Below the pieces are notes generated by a model, which worked only from the letters and a program-made list of their open reading frames with translations, was not told where the DNA came from and ran no database searches. Source: Thainema sp. (GTDB lineage: Bacteria > Cyanobacteriota > Cyanobacteriia > Phormidesmidales > Phormidesmidaceae). Taken from it: a stretch of 52,460 bases of DNA. This document shows, in pieces, positions 51,041 through 52,460 of this stretch. The stretch is taken from positions 1-52,460 of the forward strand of contig JBQLZK010000054.1 in assembly GCA_052168235.1 (NCBI GenBank), given 5' to 3'. Position numbers and translations under genes: made by a program. How positions within the stretch are numbered: position 1 is the first letter of the stretch; every line of letters starts with the position of its first letter.

Positions 51041-52333
51041 ATGAGCAGTTCGCTTTTATCTGATGCCAGCCAACGCCTAGAACGCGCTTTAAAGTATGTC
51101 CGCATTTCTGAAGATACGATTGAGCGCTTAAAGCATCCCAAGGCGAGTTTGCGAGTTTCGATTCCGGTGCGGATGGATGATGGGTCGCTACGCACGTTTC
51201 AAGGCTATCGGGTTCGCTACGATGATACCCGTGGGCCAGCCAAAGGCGGCATCCGTTTCCATCCTGATGTCAGTATGGATGAGGTGCAGTCTCTCGCCTT
51301 TTGGATGACGTTTAAGTGTGCCGTGCTCAATATTCCCTTCGGCGGCGGCAAGGGCGGCGTCACGGTCAATCCCAAGGAGCTATCCCAGTTTGAGCTAGAG
51401 CGGCTAAGCCGAGGATATATTGATGCGATCGCAGATTTCATTGGTCCCGATCGCGATATCCCCGCACCGGACGTTTACACGAATCCGATGATTATGGGCT
51501 GGATGATGGATCAGTACAGCATTATCCAGCGGCAACTGGTGCCAGCGGTGATTACCGGTAAACCGTTATCAATGGGCGGCAGCGAAGGCCGCGAAACGGC
51601 GACGGCAATGGGTGCATTCTTTGTCATTCGCACCATGATGGAAAAACTAAACCGTCGGCCTGCTGATACGACCGTAGCGATTCAGGGCTTCGGCAATGCA
51701 GGTGGCTATTTGGCTCGGCTACTGTTTGAGGCGGGCTATCAGATTGTGGCGGTGAGCGATTCCCAGGGCGGCATCTACCGACCGCAGGGACTCGACATTC
51801 CCAGCATTTGGCAGTTCAAGCAGTCCAGCCGCAGTGTCAAAGCCGTTTACTGTAAAGGCACCGTCTGCAACATCGTGGAGCATCAGGTGATCACTAACGA
51901 GGAGCTACTGGAGCTGGACGTAGACATCCTGATTCCGGCGGCACTGGAGAACCAGATCACCACTGAAAATATGGACAAGATCCGGGCCAAGTACGTCTTT
52001 GAGGTTGCCAACGGCCCTACCGTTTCCGCTGCAGATGATGTGCTACAGGCCAAGGGAATTCAGGTGTTTCCCGATATCCTGGTCAATGCTGGCGGCGTCA
52101 CGGTCAGCTATCTGGAATGGGTACAGAACCGGACGGGCCTCTACTGGTCTGCCGAAGAAGTGCATCAGCACCTAGAGAAAAAGATGGTGGCGGAGGCGAA
52201 TAATATTTGGAATATTGCCCAAGAGTTAAATACCTCTATGCGAACCGCTGCTTATATTCTGGCTCTGCGGCGGCTGGGTGAAGCGCTAGATGCTAAAGGC
52301 ACCCGCGATTACTTTATGAACGGCATCAGTTAG
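51041..52333 (+). CDS. gdhA: Glutamate dehydrogenase (Glu/Leu/Phe/Val dehydrogenase family)
   Basis: RGPAKGGIRFHP, MTFKCA, PFGGGKGG, DIPAPDV, QGFGNAG, EVANGP, NAGGVTVSYLEWVQN. Alternative start at 51029. Confidence 0.93.
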   Translation: MSSSLLSDASQRLERALKYVRISEDTIERLKHPKASLRVSIPVRMDDGSLRTFQGYRVRYDDTRGPAKGGIRFHPDVSMDEVQSLAFWMTFKCAVLNIPFGGGKGGVTVNPKELSQFELERLSRGYIDAIADFIGPDRDIPAPDVYTNPMIMGWMMDQYSIIQRQLVPAVITGKPLSMGGSEGRETATAMGAFFVIRTMMEKLNRRPADTTVAIQGFGNAGGYLARLLFEAGYQIVAVSDSQGGIYRPQGLDIPSIWQFKQSSRSVKAVYCKGTVCNIVEHQVITNEELLELDVDILIPAALENQITTENMDKIRAKYVFEVANGPTVSAADDVLQAKGIQVFPDILVNAGGVTVSYLEWVQNRTGLYWSAEEVHQHLEKKMVAEANNIWNIAQELNTSMRTAAYILALRRLGEALDAKGTRDYFMNGIS

Positions 52334-52460
52334 GTGGGCACTTCGAAAAATAGCCAGAGCGATCTTAATATGAGATCATAAGGTGGGATTATTGAAGTAA
52401 GCAGGCTATGGGACAGAAGGGATTCTGGGACGTCGAAGACCGCCAGCAAAAACTGGAGCA

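Overview
Chromosomal segment of a cyanobacterium, probably a filamentous Leptolyngbya-like taxon (inferred). Evidence: the HIP1 octamer GCGATCGC is dense throughout, and raf1, a PEP-CTERM protein and DUF2382 proteins are present. In order: gene remnants and hairpins; a TpsB (ShlB/FhaC) transporter with no partner in view; a PBP-A-like serine hydrolase; obgE; a GNAT; two PRC-barrel/DUF2382 genes around a membrane protein; raf1; a 14-kb co-oriented envelope/glycan-modification cluster (PHP-like protein, GT4 split into two ORFs, AsnB amidotransferase, GlpD-like FAD oxidoreductase, epimerase, hexapeptide acyltransferase, UPF0104 membrane protein, alpha/beta hydrolase, large CBM/cadherin/SGNH/RTX protein); a GAF-PAS-GGDEF-EAL protein; rarA-exbB-exbD; ArsR-DUF2087; two lipolytic hydrolases; PEP-CTERM and lipoprotein genes; an AT-rich HEPN-like/zinc-finger ORF; a four-gene fatty-acid beta-oxidation cluster (acyl-CoA synthetase-like, FadN-type, FadA, FadE); and gdhA. 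The most notable feature is the beta-oxidation cluster, because cyanobacteria are generally described as lacking this pathway, and its synthetase has lost several catalytic motifs. Intergenic spaces carry many long hairpins and REP-like elements. No rRNA, tRNA, CRISPR array or intact transposase was seen. All calls come from reading motifs by eye; no database search was run.
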